This document shows positions 28,720-40,431 of a stretch of DNA of 64,000 nucleotides, one piece after another. The stretch is taken from the NCBI GenBank assembly GCA_963843375.1, contig CAWJKT010000011.1, positions 384,001-448,000 of the forward strand. Direction: 5' to 3'. A model generated the notes under the pieces. That model was not told where the DNA came from. It ran no database searches and saw only the letters and a program-made list of their open reading frames with translations. The stretch is from an uncultured Pseudomonadota bacterium (GTDB lineage Bacteria; Oederibacteriota; Muellerivitia; Muellerivitales; Muellerivitaceae). Every line of letters begins with the position of its first letter. Position 1 is the stretch's first letter. Position numbers and translations under genes: made by a program.

Positions 28720-29448
28720 ATGAGCGATATTTTTTTCACCCTTTCGATGTCCTTGTTCGACAGCCTGTCAACCACACTGCAAATTATTATTTTTGTTCTT
28801 CTGCTGACAACGGAAAAACCGCTTCGGAACGCGCTAACTTATCTGGCCGGGTTGAGTGGCGCCTATTTTGTTTGTGGACTCGCGGGATATCTGGCCTTGG
28901 ACGAATTGCGCCAATTTTTGAGCCGGTTTTTTCCATCCCAGGACGCCCTGCCTAATTCACTCTATTATCAAACGGAATTTCTCATGGGCCTCATCATGGT
29001 TGGACTTGGATTTTGGTATTTTTACCGGAAGAAAAGGGCGAAGCCGGGTCGGGCACTCCAGTGGTTTCTCTCGAAATTGCGCAATATGAACAGCTGGTTC
29101 GCCTTTGGTTTAGGTCTCTTCATATCCGTAACCTCCTTTCCCTCTTCCCCCCCGTACCTCATCGCCCTTGGCAAGTACTCGGCCCTTCACCTTGATTTTC
29201 CAGCGGCAACCGGATGGATTTTGTTTTATAACCTCGGCTACGCTTTGCCGATGATCTTGATTTTGGGGGTGTACCTGGTCGCCCGACGGGAAATGGGGGT
29301 TGATCACGACCGCCTGCATGAACACGCTAACCGGTTGAACGCCCATTTAACTGCATGGACCATGGTGGGTTTCGGGCTCTTTTTCATGATCGACGCGGGG
29401 TGTTTCTTTGCCCTGGGGCAAGCCCTGATCAAAGGAAGATATTTTTGA
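28720..29448 (+). CDS. GAP/Sap-like (LysE superfamily) membrane protein
   Basis: About six TM segments; DSL, P...PYL.AL and YN...LP patterns; start could be the TTG at 28690. Confidence 0.7.
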   Translation: MSDIFFTLSMSLFDSLSTTLQIIIFVLLLTTEKPLRNALTYLAGLSGAYFVCGLAGYLALDELRQFLSRFFPSQDALPNSLYYQTEFLMGLIMVGLGFWYFYRKKRAKPGRALQWFLSKLRNMNSWFAFGLGLFISVTSFPSSPPYLIALGKYSALHLDFPAATGWILFYNLGYALPMILILGVYLVARREMGVDHDRLHEHANRLNAHLTAWTMVGFGLFFMIDAGCFFALGQALIKGRYF

Positions 29449-29494
29449 TTTTTTTCAGGAAAACGGGATCTGTTTCATGAGAGGGAGGCGTTAA

Positions 29495-29881
29495 ATGGAA
29501 AAAAATTTATTCCAAGAGGACATGAAAAAAATCGCCCAGATTTTGGAATCCAACCAAGCCCATATTATTTACCAAAAATACCGGCCCGACATTTACGGCA
29601 TTTGGAGGATCGTGGCTTCCATGGAAGGCAAGGTGGTTATGTTGTTTTGGGATGCGCGGTATGGAGTGGCGGAATATTCGATTAAAGACCGGGAAAAAGT
29701 GGGGGGGTACTTAAAGAGAATGAACCCCGGCTGGTTAAGCCGGCTTTTATTTAAGAATTATGAGGAAACCTACGAAGGATCCATGGATTGGAAAAAAGTC
29801 GGGTCCGATTCCTTTCGAAAAGAGCCCCAATTGACTTCCCAAGATATTGCCGAAAGATTCATCAAGCTTTTAAAAGGTTAG
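29495..29881 (+). CDS. Hypothetical protein
   Basis: GGAGG RBS; 128-aa ORF. Confidence 0.6.
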   Translation: MEKNLFQEDMKKIAQILESNQAHIIYQKYRPDIYGIWRIVASMEGKVVMLFWDARYGVAEYSIKDREKVGGYLKRMNPGWLSRLLFKNYEETYEGSMDWKKVGSDSFRKEPQLTSQDIAERFIKLLKG

Positions 29882-30077
29882 TTCCATTGCGAAACACTCC
29901 CGGATTGGCCTTGGAGCGGGAGGCGGAGCTTTAAAAGGCACTGCTGAATTGAAGCAATAGACCAATTTGTGGCTTCTGAAATAATTTTCGTTAGCCTGCT
30001 AGGTTTTTTTTCGGCCCTCCCGCAAAATATCCGGCACCACCGCCCGTCGTTTTTGAATGGAATCAAGGAGGTCCACC

Positions 30078-30746
30078 ATGGATGTGAACCAAGCTTTAAG
30101 AAGCCGTTATACCTGCAGGGATTTTAAAACAACTGCCGTGCCCAAGGGAATAATTTTGGAAATACTGGAAGAGGCCAGCCGGGCCCCCTCCTGGGCCGAT
30201 ACTCAGCCTTGGGAAGTTTTCGTGGCGGGAGGCGACGCCTTGGACAGACTCCGCAAGGCCTACGCCAACAGCTTCGCGAAAGGCGCCGCCCCCCACCCGG
30301 ATATTCCTGCGCCTACCCAATGGCCGGCGGAACTGAAGCAACGCATGGACGAACTGTTGGTACTCCATAAAAAAGAAGCCCAAGCCCTATCAGGGAACAC
30401 AACCGATCCCCAGGCTTATCTGACCCGACAGATGAAGTTTTTCAACGCCCCTGTCGTGGTTTTCATTGGCATGGATAAAAACCTCACCTCCTGGTCAATA
30501 TTCGACTTGGGCTTTTTCACCCAAAGCCTCCTGCTGGCAGCAAAGGAAAAAGGTCTGGACACAGCCCCCGCCTACCGGTTGGTCTCCTATCCCGACTTGG
30601 TGCGCGAAGAATTGGGAATACCCTCCCAGCTTTCTCTCGTATTTGGGGTAGCTTTGGGCTTCGGCATGGAAAGGTCTGATGCCATTGGATTCCAAAGCCC
30701 CCGGCGACAGATCTCGGATATGGCTCGATTCAAGGGTTTTGAGTGA
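30078..30746 (+). CDS. Nitroreductase family protein
   Basis: RYTCRDF, RAPSW..TQPWE, FNAP and L.LAA...GL; AAGGAGG RBS. Confidence 0.9.
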   Translation: MDVNQALRSRYTCRDFKTTAVPKGIILEILEEASRAPSWADTQPWEVFVAGGDALDRLRKAYANSFAKGAAPHPDIPAPTQWPAELKQRMDELLVLHKKEAQALSGNTTDPQAYLTRQMKFFNAPVVVFIGMDKNLTSWSIFDLGFFTQSLLLAAKEKGLDTAPAYRLVSYPDLVREELGIPSQLSLVFGVALGFGMERSDAIGFQSPRRQISDMARFKGFE

Positions 30747-30910
30747 GGCGGAGGAAATTCCGGTCCTACCCCTGCTTTTTGGCCGATATTATTCCCAAAA
30801 CCGGAAAAGCCGGGTCTGGATAAAGATGGGATAAGAGCATGATAATAGTTTTGACATGACATGGGTAAGGCGACCACCGAGAGAGTATTTTTTAAAGAAG
30901 GAGGATTGTC

Positions 30911-31174
30911 ATGAAAGATAAAAAAGCCAAAAAGCTTTTTAAGGAAGCCAAAAAACTCGTGAAAAGAATTAAAAAGCACGGCCATGAAGGAGAGGCGCTT
31001 TTAAAGGAAATCAAAAAACTTTTGGAACCAGCTAAAGCCGACTCTCCCAAAAAGAAAACCGTGAAAAAACAGCCCACCAAAGCCAAGACTCCAAAACAAA
31101 GTGAACCTATTCTCAAACTGGAGCGTCCATCGGCCACGACTTCGCCAACTTCCGAAAATGCGCCACTGACATAA
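30911..31174 (+). CDS. Small Lys-rich hypothetical protein
   Basis: GGAGG RBS; 87 aa, strongly basic. Confidence 0.6.
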   Translation: MKDKKAKKLFKEAKKLVKRIKKHGHEGEALLKEIKKLLEPAKADSPKKKTVKKQPTKAKTPKQSEPILKLERPSATTSPTSENAPLT

Positions 31175-31291
31175 AAGCCGGCTGGGTATCAATGCGGCGT
31201 TAGAATTTACGCACCGGCAAAATCGGAAAGAAATTACCTTGTCCGTAATCACAGTTGCCTGGGTGGCGATATCTTTTTCTGTCAGGACCCG

Positions 31292-31645
31292 ATGCACTTC
31301 CTCATCCGGGTCAAAACAGCTGTCCTTAACGACAAAACATTAAAAATAAAAGTCGGCTTTTTTCTCCTGGCCTTACCCCTTCACGCCCAGTTCAATAGCG
31401 ACGGGCTTTTGGCCGTTTATTATGACAGCTCCAAACTTACCAGCCCCGCAGTTACTGAAGTGGACCCCAACATCAGCTACGGCTGGGGTAAGCGTAATCA
31501 TAATTGGCTCAATGGTTCTCAGCAATTGGGTGGATGGACCGGTGGAGCCGGCAGGCGCGGTGATCACCTTGACGACGGGGTCAAGGTTCCTCTGGAAGTG
31601 GATTATTTTTGGGGGCGGTCACCAATTACTCCACCATCCAAATGA
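31292..31645 (+). pseudogene. Remnant of a secreted PA14-domain gene
   Basis: GLLAVYY...VDPNISYGWG, then in another frame GVSVII.GSMVLSNWVD...ITLTTG, then KVPLEVDYF; the middle of the domain is missing. Confidence 0.55.
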
Positions 31646-31894
31646 TGTGGCAAAGTCGTTTCTTTTGAGCCCTTGGTTGTTCGTGGTTTTTTTGCCCTTT
31701 GCCTTAGGCAAGAAATGAGGTTTTTTAAGCCTTTTATTAGTTTTTTTCAGCTCTTGATAATTTTTATCAATTTTAGGGAATAAACCCCCCCCGACCAAAC
31801 ACTTATCTGGTGGATAGTCTTGTCCCACCTGACGGCGGGTATGACTTTGCCTAGGCCTATTAAAGGCACACTAAACATTTAATTGCGGAAATCC

Positions 31895-34615
31895 ATGCAA
31901 GGTTCCAAATCCAATTTAAAACGTTTTTTATTCCTTCCACCGACCGTTACTCTATTGTTTTTATCTTTCGGGGTCACTTGGGCACAAACCGTAACGGTCA
32001 CGTCAGGTACCACTTATCAAACGATCTCCGGTTTCGGGGCATCAAGCCAATGGGACAATACATTCTCATCCTCGCTGGCCGACATTTTTTGGAAGGACGA
32101 TTCTAGCCAGCCCCCTGCTGACCAGATCAACGGCAATGTGGGTCTCTCTATTTTGCGCCTTGGGATAGACGATTCCGGCAACGCCGACTGGGGCACGCAA
32201 TGCGCTTTTGCGACCCAGGCGCTTGGAATCAATGCCAATGTCAGGGTCTTCGGCAGCCCGTGGAGCCCTCCGGCGAAGTGGAAGAATAACAACAGCGTGG
32301 ATGGCAACAACACCGGAAGCGACAATTTCAATCCCGGCACCAATACCGACCAGCTCAACACTGCGGACTACGCCGACTATGCCTCTTACCTTACAAGCTT
32401 CGCCACAGCCTGCAAGAATACCTACGGCTTTACACCCTATGCGATTTCGGTCCAGAACGAACCTGACTATGACCCCAGCTACGATGCCTGCCTATGGTCG
32501 CCCTCGGCCATTGACACCTTCGTGGGGACTTATCTTGGCCCTGATCTGAAAAACGCTGGTTTTAGCGATATCGTCATGCTGCCGGAGTCCTTTGCGGATA
32601 ACCTAACCGGGTCCAATACCGCTATGGCCGACTCTACCGCCGCTGCCTTTGTGAGAGTCATTGGTATGCACCTTTATGGAGGCGGCCCCAACACGATTCC
32701 AGCAAGCTATTCCACCACGGCCGGACATACTGTCGAGAGCTGGTGCACCGAAACCTCGGAGAAAACAAGTGATAACAATATCGATAGCGGCATTTTTTAC
32801 GCCGGTGAGCTTCACAGCTGCATCGTGGACCATAACTTCAACGCCTATTGCTACTGGTGGCTAGTTAACATTAATTCCGATGACGAAGGGCTCTGCACCA
32901 GCGCTGGGACCCCCACCCCCCGCCTCTATTGCATTGGAAATTACAGTAAGTTCATCCGTCCGGGATATGTAAGAATCGGTGCAACCGAAGTGCCCTCCGC
33001 GGGCGTTTCCGTTTCCGCTTACTACAGCGCTTCCGCGGGTAAGGTTGTGATCGTTGCCATCAATGGCAATACCGGCTCCAGCGAGAACGAGACCTTCAAA
33101 TATAGTGACTTGAATGTTTCCACGGTTTATCCTTGGATCACGAGTTCGTCCCTGAACCTGGTCCAGCAGACTTCTGTAGCAGTGAACGGTGGAAGCTTTA
33201 CTTATACCCTGCCAGCCGAAAGCGTGGTTAGTTTTGTTGCCTCGGTTTCCAGTGGTTCAACACCTACCCCAACCAACACGGCTGCTCCAACGGCCACGGC
33301 TACCCGGACCAATACCCAAACCTCCACCCCTACATTCACCGCCTCGAGCACTCCGACCTCAAGTCCTACCGCCACAAAGACCAATTCACCCACCAGCACT
33401 AAAACTTCCAGTCCTACCCCCTCCGCAACCTCCAGCTTTTCACCCACTGCCACGAAGACCGCTTCTTCTACACCGTCTAACACCATAACCAACACCGCCA
33501 CGGCCAGTTCAACCCCGACACTCAGTTCCACGACTACACGGACAAATACTGCGACCAGCACGTCCACTCCAAGCCCTACGATTACTAATACCCCGATTTA
33601 CACGATGACTTCCACCCCATCCAATACAACCACAGGTACGGCCACTGAAACAAGGACAAGCACGACAACTTTCACTGCCACTAATACAGGTACGACGACT
33701 CCGACCCTAACCAGTACCAACTCCTCGACAGTAACTCCGAGCGTGACTCAGACCAATACGGCAACTATTACTTTGACGTCCACGTCTTCCAACACCCAGA
33801 CCGGAACAGTGACCGCTACAAGTACGAATACCTTATTGAATACAGTTACTTCCACTTGCACCAACACAGTTTCGACCACTCCAACGGTAACCATTACTAA
33901 TTCCGCCACAGCCACTCCGAGCGTGACTCAGACCTATACGCCAGCCTACACGATGACATCCACCCCCACCAACACACAGACCGGAACAGCGACAGCTACC
34001 AGCACGAATACCCCATCAAATACGGATACTTCCACTTCCACCAGCACGGTTACAGCCACCGCGACCCTGACTCGAACCTATTCTCCGACCAGTACTTCAA
34101 CCAATACTTCATCGATTACGGCTACTAAAACAACCACCTCTACCGCAACTGATACCATGACGAACACGGCCACTCTAACCGCCACCGCGACTTCAACCTA
34201 TACCAGAGTGGATACCTTTACCAACACTGTAACCTTTACAACTACGAGCACTCTCACCAAAACCACCACTCCAAGCGCTACGGCAACTCCAACCAACACC
34301 CATATGGAAACCGAAACTCCCACTGCTACCCCCACAAGCAATAAAGGGGTGGTGATCTATCCCAACCCGGTCACGGGACCGACGGTAAACCTTCTGCCAC
34401 CGGCTTATCCGGGCGATTCGAACGTGCAGGTGGAAATTTTCACCATCGCCTTCCGATTAGTCAAAGATGAAATCCTCTGGAATGTTCCGTCGGGTAAGGC
34501 GGTAACGTTGGAACTTACGGATAAATGGGGCACTCCTTTGGCGAATGGGGTTTATTACGTCGTCGTCATTGTTGATGGTCATCAATCCATCGGGAAACTG
34601 CTGGTCATAAGGTAA
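31895..34615 (+). CDS. GH30 xylanase-like hydrolase with Thr-rich stalk and C-terminal CTD-like domain
   Basis: YQTISGFGAS, GLSILR, SPWSPPA.WK, SVQNEPD, WCTE and YSKFIRPGY.R; about 360-aa Thr/Ser stalk; C-terminal YPNP...LANGVYY...KLLVIR. Confidence 0.9.
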   Translation: MQGSKSNLKRFLFLPPTVTLLFLSFGVTWAQTVTVTSGTTYQTISGFGASSQWDNTFSSSLADIFWKDDSSQPPADQINGNVGLSILRLGIDDSGNADWGTQCAFATQALGINANVRVFGSPWSPPAKWKNNNSVDGNNTGSDNFNPGTNTDQLNTADYADYASYLTSFATACKNTYGFTPYAISVQNEPDYDPSYDACLWSPSAIDTFVGTYLGPDLKNAGFSDIVMLPESFADNLTGSNTAMADSTAAAFVRVIGMHLYGGGPNTIPASYSTTAGHTVESWCTETSEKTSDNNIDSGIFYAGELHSCIVDHNFNAYCYWWLVNINSDDEGLCTSAGTPTPRLYCIGNYSKFIRPGYVRIGATEVPSAGVSVSAYYSASAGKVVIVAINGNTGSSENETFKYSDLNVSTVYPWITSSSLNLVQQTSVAVNGGSFTYTLPAESVVSFVASVSSGSTPTPTNTAAPTATATRTNTQTSTPTFTASSTPTSSPTATKTNSPTSTKTSSPTPSATSSFSPTATKTASSTPSNTITNTATASSTPTLSSTTTRTNTATSTSTPSPTITNTPIYTMTSTPSNTTTGTATETRTSTTTFTATNTGTTTPTLTSTNSSTVTPSVTQTNTATITLTSTSSNTQTGTVTATSTNTLLNTVTSTCTNTVSTTPTVTITNSATATPSVTQTYTPAYTMTSTPTNTQTGTATATSTNTPSNTDTSTSTSTVTATATLTRTYSPTSTSTNTSSITATKTTTSTATDTMTNTATLTATATSTYTRVDTFTNTVTFTTTSTLTKTTTPSATATPTNTHMETETPTATPTSNKGVVIYPNPVTGPTVNLLPPAYPGDSNVQVEIFTIAFRLVKDEILWNVPSGKAVTLELTDKWGTPLANGVYYVVVIVDGHQSIGKLLVIR

Positions 34616-34927
34616 AAAAGGCAACTTTCTCTGGTATGAAGACGGGGACAGTGTGTACCACAACCTCATCCAAGGGCATTCCGAGCCCCCAACTTTTCCG
34701 CCCGGATGCCGGGACCACTTCGGGATAAAACCGAAGGGCATGGTTGGAATGAAATCACTCCGGTAACAAGATAACAATCCATGGCGTCCACATTTTATTC
34801 GTGGATTTCGATATACGATTTTTTAAAAAAATTAAATATCGGCAGTAATGGGAAGATTGAAATCTTCCAAAAGCAGAATAACCAATCTTATTTAGAAAAA
34901 TAAAACCCGGCTTAAATCGGGTAGAGG

Positions 34928-37900
34928 ATGATCATGGTAGGAGTCAGATTAAGGGAGGGTTATAAAGGTTTTAATCGCTTTCTAAGGCCACCATTCATCA
35001 ATTCGTCTTGTCTTTTGAATCACCCTACCGAATGTTCCCAAGTGAAGAACCCTCATTCTTCAAGTATTTGGGGTTTTTTCAATATACCTGAACGGTTTTA
35101 TCCCAATCATTTGAGCTTTCCTCCTCTTTGGTTGGTTATGCTTCTTTTCATCCTGGCGTGGGATTTCATTTTTCCCGCATCCAGAGCCCTGGGGCAGTTC
35201 ACGAAAATTACCGTTACGGGGCCTAGCGGGTGCGTGACCGTTGGGGAAACAATTGCAGTAACAGCTGTCTTTGGGCCTGCCAACCAGCAAAACCAAACCG
35301 ATGACTACAGCATCGGCTTTGGTAATGCTTCGACCATCGTCTGGCCGGGAGGATGCACGGCTGCGGATAACACTGGTGAACTTCCAAGCAGCGACCCCGT
35401 AACAGTGGTTAATTCCGTCGTTGTCCCCGCCGCCGTTTCGGGGACATGGACAACCGTCGATGTTGTAGGAATACAGAACAGCACTTATTTATGCGGGGGC
35501 AGCACGGTGATCGGAAACGCCTCCCTCGATGTTTGTTCCAGCATCTATACGCTCACCTTTACTCCGACCAAACTCACCAGTACACCCACATTGACCCGGA
35601 CTTTCACAAACACGGGCACACCAACTAAAACCCCCACTATGACTCTAACTCCAACCATTACCTTGACCCCAACCATTACTAGCACACCATCGCCGTTACC
35701 CTGCGGCGCGAGCGCCACTCTTTTCATCGCAAGCGATACCACTAATGAGGTTGATCCCGACTTGCTTGCCCCCGCGACCCCACCCCCGGATGGCAACGGC
35801 AACAAGTGGAACGCGGCGAATTACGACTATACCACTGCTTCCGGTTGGGCTCGGGCTGTAATTATTAACCCGGTTGCCACGGAATGGGCGGCGCCCTGTA
35901 AAATCGCTGGTTCGCCACTGACGCCTTATTGGATTTCTTCGGCCTCCACGGCGGGGGATACTAGTCTGGGCAATGGTTACTATTATTACATTAAAAATTT
36001 CAGCGTTCCCCCGGGTACGGTCGTTACTTCCGTGACCCTCAATATTGCCGCGGATGACGGGAACCAAAACGGGGAGACCTTTGGAATTTTTGTCAATGGC
36101 AATTCGGTCAATGGAAGCGCCGTGACTTTCGCCGCTTGTACCTCGCTAACTATTCCCGTCTCAGACCTTAATTCCGGAAGCAATGTTTTGGCGATATCAG
36201 ATGATAACGCTAGTGCATATTGGAATGGCATTGATTACACCCTTTCTTATGTCGTATCCAACCCATGTTCACCGACCCCAACATCTACTCCCACGGCTAC
36301 AGCTACATTTACTCCGACCCCCACACTGACGAACACGGATACACCAACGCTAACTAAAACTCCCACACTCACACCGACCGATACACTCACACCTACTCCA
36401 ACTAATACCTTGACTAACACACCAACCCCTACACCCCCGAACACTCCTTCGAAATCTCCAACTCCCACTGACACCCCAACCAACACTCCTACCAACACCA
36501 ATACCCCAACCCCAACTAACACCCCGACCATTACCAATACCCCCACCCCCACAAAAACCCCCTTGCCGACCCATACACCCACAATTACAAATACGCCCGG
36601 AATAACTAATATATCGACAGCGGTGACGGCCCCCAGCAACACACCCACCGTTGACCCGACTCCTATAAACACTAACGATTCCACAGTGGTGGCGGCACCC
36701 AGTAATACACCCACCATTGACCCCACACCGATAAACACGGTTGTGTCCACGACGGGAACGGGACCGACGAACACGCCTACGATTGATCCGACACCCATAA
36801 ACACCGTTGTATCTACAACAGGAACAGGCCCGACCAACACACCCACCATTGACCCCACACCGATAAACACGGTTGTGTCCACGACGGGAACCGGACCAAC
36901 GAACACACCTACGATTGACCCCACACCAGCGGCAACCGTTGTGTCGACGACTGGAACTGGACCGACTAATACACCCACCATTGACCCCACACCAGCGGCA
37001 ACCGTTGTGTCGACGACTGGAACGGGACCGACTAATACACCCACCATTGACCCCACGCCAGTAGCAACGGTTGTATCAACGACTGGGACGGGACCGACGA
37101 ACACACCTACGATTGACCCCACACCAGCAGCAACGGTTGTATCGACGACTGGAACGGGACCGACTAATACACCCACCATTGACCCCACGCCAGTAGCAAC
37201 GGTTGTATCAACGACTGGGACGGGACCGACGAACACACCTACGATTGACCCCACACCAGCAGCAACGGTTGTGTCGACGACTGGAACTGGCCCGACGAAC
37301 ACGCCTACGATTGACCCCACGCCAGCAGCAACGGTTGTATCAACGACTGGGACGGGACCGACGAACACACCTACGATTGACCCCACACCAGCAGCAACGG
37401 TTGTATCGACGACTGGAACTGGCCCGACGAACACGCCTACGATTGACCCCACACCAGCAGCAACGGTTGTATCGACGACTGGGACTGGACCGACTAACAC
37501 ACCTACGATTGACCCCACACCAGCAGCAACCGTTGTGTCGACGACGGGAACTGGACCGACGAACACGGCTACTATTGATCCCACACCAGCGGCAACCGTT
37601 GTATCGACGACTGGGACTGGACCGACTAACACACCTACGATTGACCCCACGCCAGCGGCAACCGTTGTGTCGACGACTGGGACGGGACCGACGAACACGG
37701 CTACGATTGATCCCACACCGGTGGCAACGGTTGTTTCTACAACGGGAACCGGACCAACGAACACGCCTACGATTGACCCTACACCAGCAGCAACGGTTGT
37801 ATCGACGACTGGAACGGGACCGACTAATACGCCCACGATTGACCCCACACCAGCGGCCACGGTAGGGTCAACAACTGGAACAGGACCGACGAATACAGTT

Positions 37901-39640
37901 ACCGTTGACCCGACGCCGATCAATACGGTCGTGTCCACAGTTCAAACGGGACCAACGAATACACCTACGATTGATCCCACACCAGCGGCAACGGTTGTGT
38001 CGACGACTGGAACCGGACCAACGAACACGCCTACGATTGATCCCACGCCAGTTAACACGGTTGAATCCACAGTTAAAGCAGGGCCGACCAACACAGTTAC
38101 TAACACTTTCACGCCAATGAATACCTTTGTATCAACGATTGGTATAGTTCCCACTAATACCCCAATGGACACCAACACACCCGCAAATACGTCTACGATT
38201 ACCCGCACGCTTACAAGCACCAATACTCCGACAATTACAGGAACAAATACGGCCGTTTGGACCTACACAAATACACCCACTGCCACCTACACTTTTAGTG
38301 TTACCGGCACCCCAACAATTACTTATACTCCAACATCCACTCCCACCTTCCAGGTGTCCATGAATAAAACGGTATCTTCCACCTCGGCGGAATCGGGGAA
38401 CTTACTTAATTATTCCTTGAACTTAGTAGTGACGGGAAATACGGCCTCAGGAGTGGTCCTAACTGATACCCTTCCCGCCAACGTTACTTACGTGGGCAGT
38501 ATTGTTAACAATCCCCCCACCCTACCAACGCCGGTGTTTAACTCCTCGTTGGATCAATTGACTTGGACTTTGCCGCCTCTGAATCCGGGTACTTACCAAC
38601 TTTCTTACCAAACCCAAGTTAATAACTTCGTTGCGAATGGAACTGAGCTTATCAATAGGGCGGTCATGACTTATCCGGGATCGGTTCCGGTAACAAGCGT
38701 CGCTCCTGTTCAGGTGATAGCCGATGATGTTGTGATCATCGCCGTCTACAACGAAGCTGGGGAATTAGTGAATCAGGTAGCGACAAAAGAGCAATCCCAG
38801 GCACTCGAAAACGTTTCTTTGGGATCTAGTAGCGCCATTACGGGTATTAACAGTCCGGGTGGGGCGGTAACGGTCTATTTTGATGGCACGCCGATTGCGA
38901 TTTGGAACGGACTTAATTCCAATGGGACGCCGGCTACCAATGGTACGTACTTTCTCAAGGTGGACAATATCGAAAGTTCAGGAACAGTGGTCAGCGAGAC
39001 CCTCCCCGTAGTGGTAAGCCGAACCATAAACCAGATAGCCGTTCTGATCTACAACCAAGCTGGGGAAGTGGTCCGGCATCTTTATGCCTATTTGTCGAAC
39101 ACTGGATCGGCATCCACCTTGGATATGAATCTTTCAGTTCCGATGATTGCCCCCTCCGAAACGGGATCGGGTGGTTCAGTGCCAACGCAATTGAATATTC
39201 TCTTAAGCAATGGGACCACGATCATTTGGGACGGGAAGAGCGACAATGGAAGTTTCGTCCAAAGCGGCGAGTATTTTGTGGAACTCAATACCAATGGAAG
39301 CTCCGGTGGCCTCATAGTTAAACAAGTATCAGTGGAGGATAACAATAACTCTGCTGGCGCGGGTACGGTGACCGCTTGGCCGAATATTTTGAAGGCTTCC
39401 AATGGTTCATTAGTGACCAATTTCCATACAAATTCCTCCTTGAGCCTGACTTTGAACGCGTCCATATACACGGTATCGGGTGAGCTGGTTCAAGTCATTA
39501 ATGGAAACCAGGGAAGCAATCAAGTTGCGTGGAATGCCGCCGGAGTTGCCAGTGGAATCTATATCGCGGTTGTAGAAGAGATGGACACTGATGGGGGCTT
39601 GCTGAGCCGTCAGACTGTTAAAGTCGTGTTGATCAAATGA
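34928..39640 (+). CDS. Giant secreted or surface protein: jelly-roll domain, Thr-rich tandem repeats, DUF11 and FlgD-like Ig domains
   Basis: ADD...VNG...G.N.LAI jelly-roll pattern; 22-aa repeats; KTVS...G..L.Y....V.LTDTLP (DUF11); repeated YN.AGE.V...W.G...G.Y modules. The true start may be nearer the signal-like segment at about 35130. Confidence 0.8.
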   Translation: MIMVGVRLREGYKGFNRFLRPPFINSSCLLNHPTECSQVKNPHSSSIWGFFNIPERFYPNHLSFPPLWLVMLLFILAWDFIFPASRALGQFTKITVTGPSGCVTVGETIAVTAVFGPANQQNQTDDYSIGFGNASTIVWPGGCTAADNTGELPSSDPVTVVNSVVVPAAVSGTWTTVDVVGIQNSTYLCGGSTVIGNASLDVCSSIYTLTFTPTKLTSTPTLTRTFTNTGTPTKTPTMTLTPTITLTPTITSTPSPLPCGASATLFIASDTTNEVDPDLLAPATPPPDGNGNKWNAANYDYTTASGWARAVIINPVATEWAAPCKIAGSPLTPYWISSASTAGDTSLGNGYYYYIKNFSVPPGTVVTSVTLNIAADDGNQNGETFGIFVNGNSVNGSAVTFAACTSLTIPVSDLNSGSNVLAISDDNASAYWNGIDYTLSYVVSNPCSPTPTSTPTATATFTPTPTLTNTDTPTLTKTPTLTPTDTLTPTPTNTLTNTPTPTPPNTPSKSPTPTDTPTNTPTNTNTPTPTNTPTITNTPTPTKTPLPTHTPTITNTPGITNISTAVTAPSNTPTVDPTPINTNDSTVVAAPSNTPTIDPTPINTVVSTTGTGPTNTPTIDPTPINTVVSTTGTGPTNTPTIDPTPINTVVSTTGTGPTNTPTIDPTPAATVVSTTGTGPTNTPTIDPTPAATVVSTTGTGPTNTPTIDPTPVATVVSTTGTGPTNTPTIDPTPAATVVSTTGTGPTNTPTIDPTPVATVVSTTGTGPTNTPTIDPTPAATVVSTTGTGPTNTPTIDPTPAATVVSTTGTGPTNTPTIDPTPAATVVSTTGTGPTNTPTIDPTPAATVVSTTGTGPTNTPTIDPTPAATVVSTTGTGPTNTATIDPTPAATVVSTTGTGPTNTPTIDPTPAATVVSTTGTGPTNTATIDPTPVATVVSTTGTGPTNTPTIDPTPAATVVSTTGTGPTNTPTIDPTPAATVGSTTGTGPTNTVTVDPTPINTVVSTVQTGPTNTPTIDPTPAATVVSTTGTGPTNTPTIDPTPVNTVESTVKAGPTNTVTNTFTPMNTFVSTIGIVPTNTPMDTNTPANTSTITRTLTSTNTPTITGTNTAVWTYTNTPTATYTFSVTGTPTITYTPTSTPTFQVSMNKTVSSTSAESGNLLNYSLNLVVTGNTASGVVLTDTLPANVTYVGSIVNNPPTLPTPVFNSSLDQLTWTLPPLNPGTYQLSYQTQVNNFVANGTELINRAVMTYPGSVPVTSVAPVQVIADDVVIIAVYNEAGELVNQVATKEQSQALENVSLGSSSAITGINSPGGAVTVYFDGTPIAIWNGLNSNGTPATNGTYFLKVDNIESSGTVVSETLPVVVSRTINQIAVLIYNQAGEVVRHLYAYLSNTGSASTLDMNLSVPMIAPSETGSGGSVPTQLNILLSNGTTIIWDGKSDNGSFVQSGEYFVELNTNGSSGGLIVKQVSVEDNNNSAGAGTVTAWPNILKASNGSLVTNFHTNSSLSLTLNASIYTVSGELVQVINGNQGSNQVAWNAAGVASGIYIAVVEEMDTDGGLLSRQTVKVVLIK
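36653..38104 (+). repeat. Intragenic tandem repeat, 22 copies of 66 bp ([22 protein letters not shown])
   Basis: First DPTP codon at 36653 and last at 38039, exactly 21 x 66 bp apart. Confidence 0.95.
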
Positions 39641-39850
39641 TAACTTAGGTAAAAACGTGGTTTTATTGGATGTTCATATGGGTTCTGCGATTAAGGGCGC
39701 GATCCCAGAAACCCAAGCCTTGGTGAAGCAATAACAGTTGAAGGAAAAATGGTTTCTCGAACAATTGGCGAGTTTATTCAAGGTTCACTGTCATTAGGGT
39801 GACAAAATCTTATTATTTTTTATCTAAATGCTTTAAAAGCGAATAATTAC

Positions 39851-40195
39851 ATGAAAAAAATCTTTGAAAGACGGAAATTTGATCGTATCGAGTTTCAAAA
39901 GCCAGTCCGAGTTTTCGCTGTTAATATTTCAAAATCGGGCCATATTTGGGAGGTGTCACGAAATTCAATCGAGGTTTGGGCTAACAACATTAGCGAAGGG
40001 GGATTAAGGCTAGAATCCATTCAGCTCTTCGACGTAAATTTAACGCTCAAATTTTATTTTGAATTCGAAGAAAACATGGGGGCGGAAGAATATGGGAGGA
40101 TCGCTTGGTCCTATGATCACCATTGCGGAGTCCATTTTCTGGAAGTGGATCAGAACCTGCGAGCTGGAATCAGGGCGATGAGGTACAAAACTTAA
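39851..40195 (+). CDS. Stand-alone PilZ domain protein
   Basis: ERRKFDR, NISEGGL and GVHF. Confidence 0.8.
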   Translation: MKKIFERRKFDRIEFQKPVRVFAVNISKSGHIWEVSRNSIEVWANNISEGGLRLESIQLFDVNLTLKFYFEFEENMGAEEYGRIAWSYDHHCGVHFLEVDQNLRAGIRAMRYKT

Positions 40196-40431
40196 AATTT
40201 TATTCATTTGCAAGGCATGAAGAGAGAGATTTTTCCACTCCGGGACGAGGAACGTTTACATCTTTGCATTACTTTGCCCAGAGAAGAGTTGGATGAAACG
40301 ACTGTCTCAAAAAAGGCGAAAGAATTAACGAGCCGGCGAAATCGGATTTAAAATCCTTGGCCGCGATCATTTTTGACCAACATTATAATTGGACCAGTTT
40401 TCGGGGTTCAGACCAGTCTTTCGGGATTTTC

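Noticed and set aside
31649..31851. 11-bp inverted pair GGCAAAGTCGT / ATGACTTTGCC as MITE ends
   Set aside because: Short, one mismatch, no target-site duplication and no second copy seen
36247..37938. 563-aa Val/Gly-rich minus-strand ORF (and similar ones at 885-1400 and 33202-33567)
   Set aside because: Antisense shadows of Thr/Pro-rich codons, which lack stops on the other strand
36653..38104. 66-bp periodic array as a possible CRISPR
   Set aside because: No unique spacers; variation is mostly synonymous within one ORF; no cas genes
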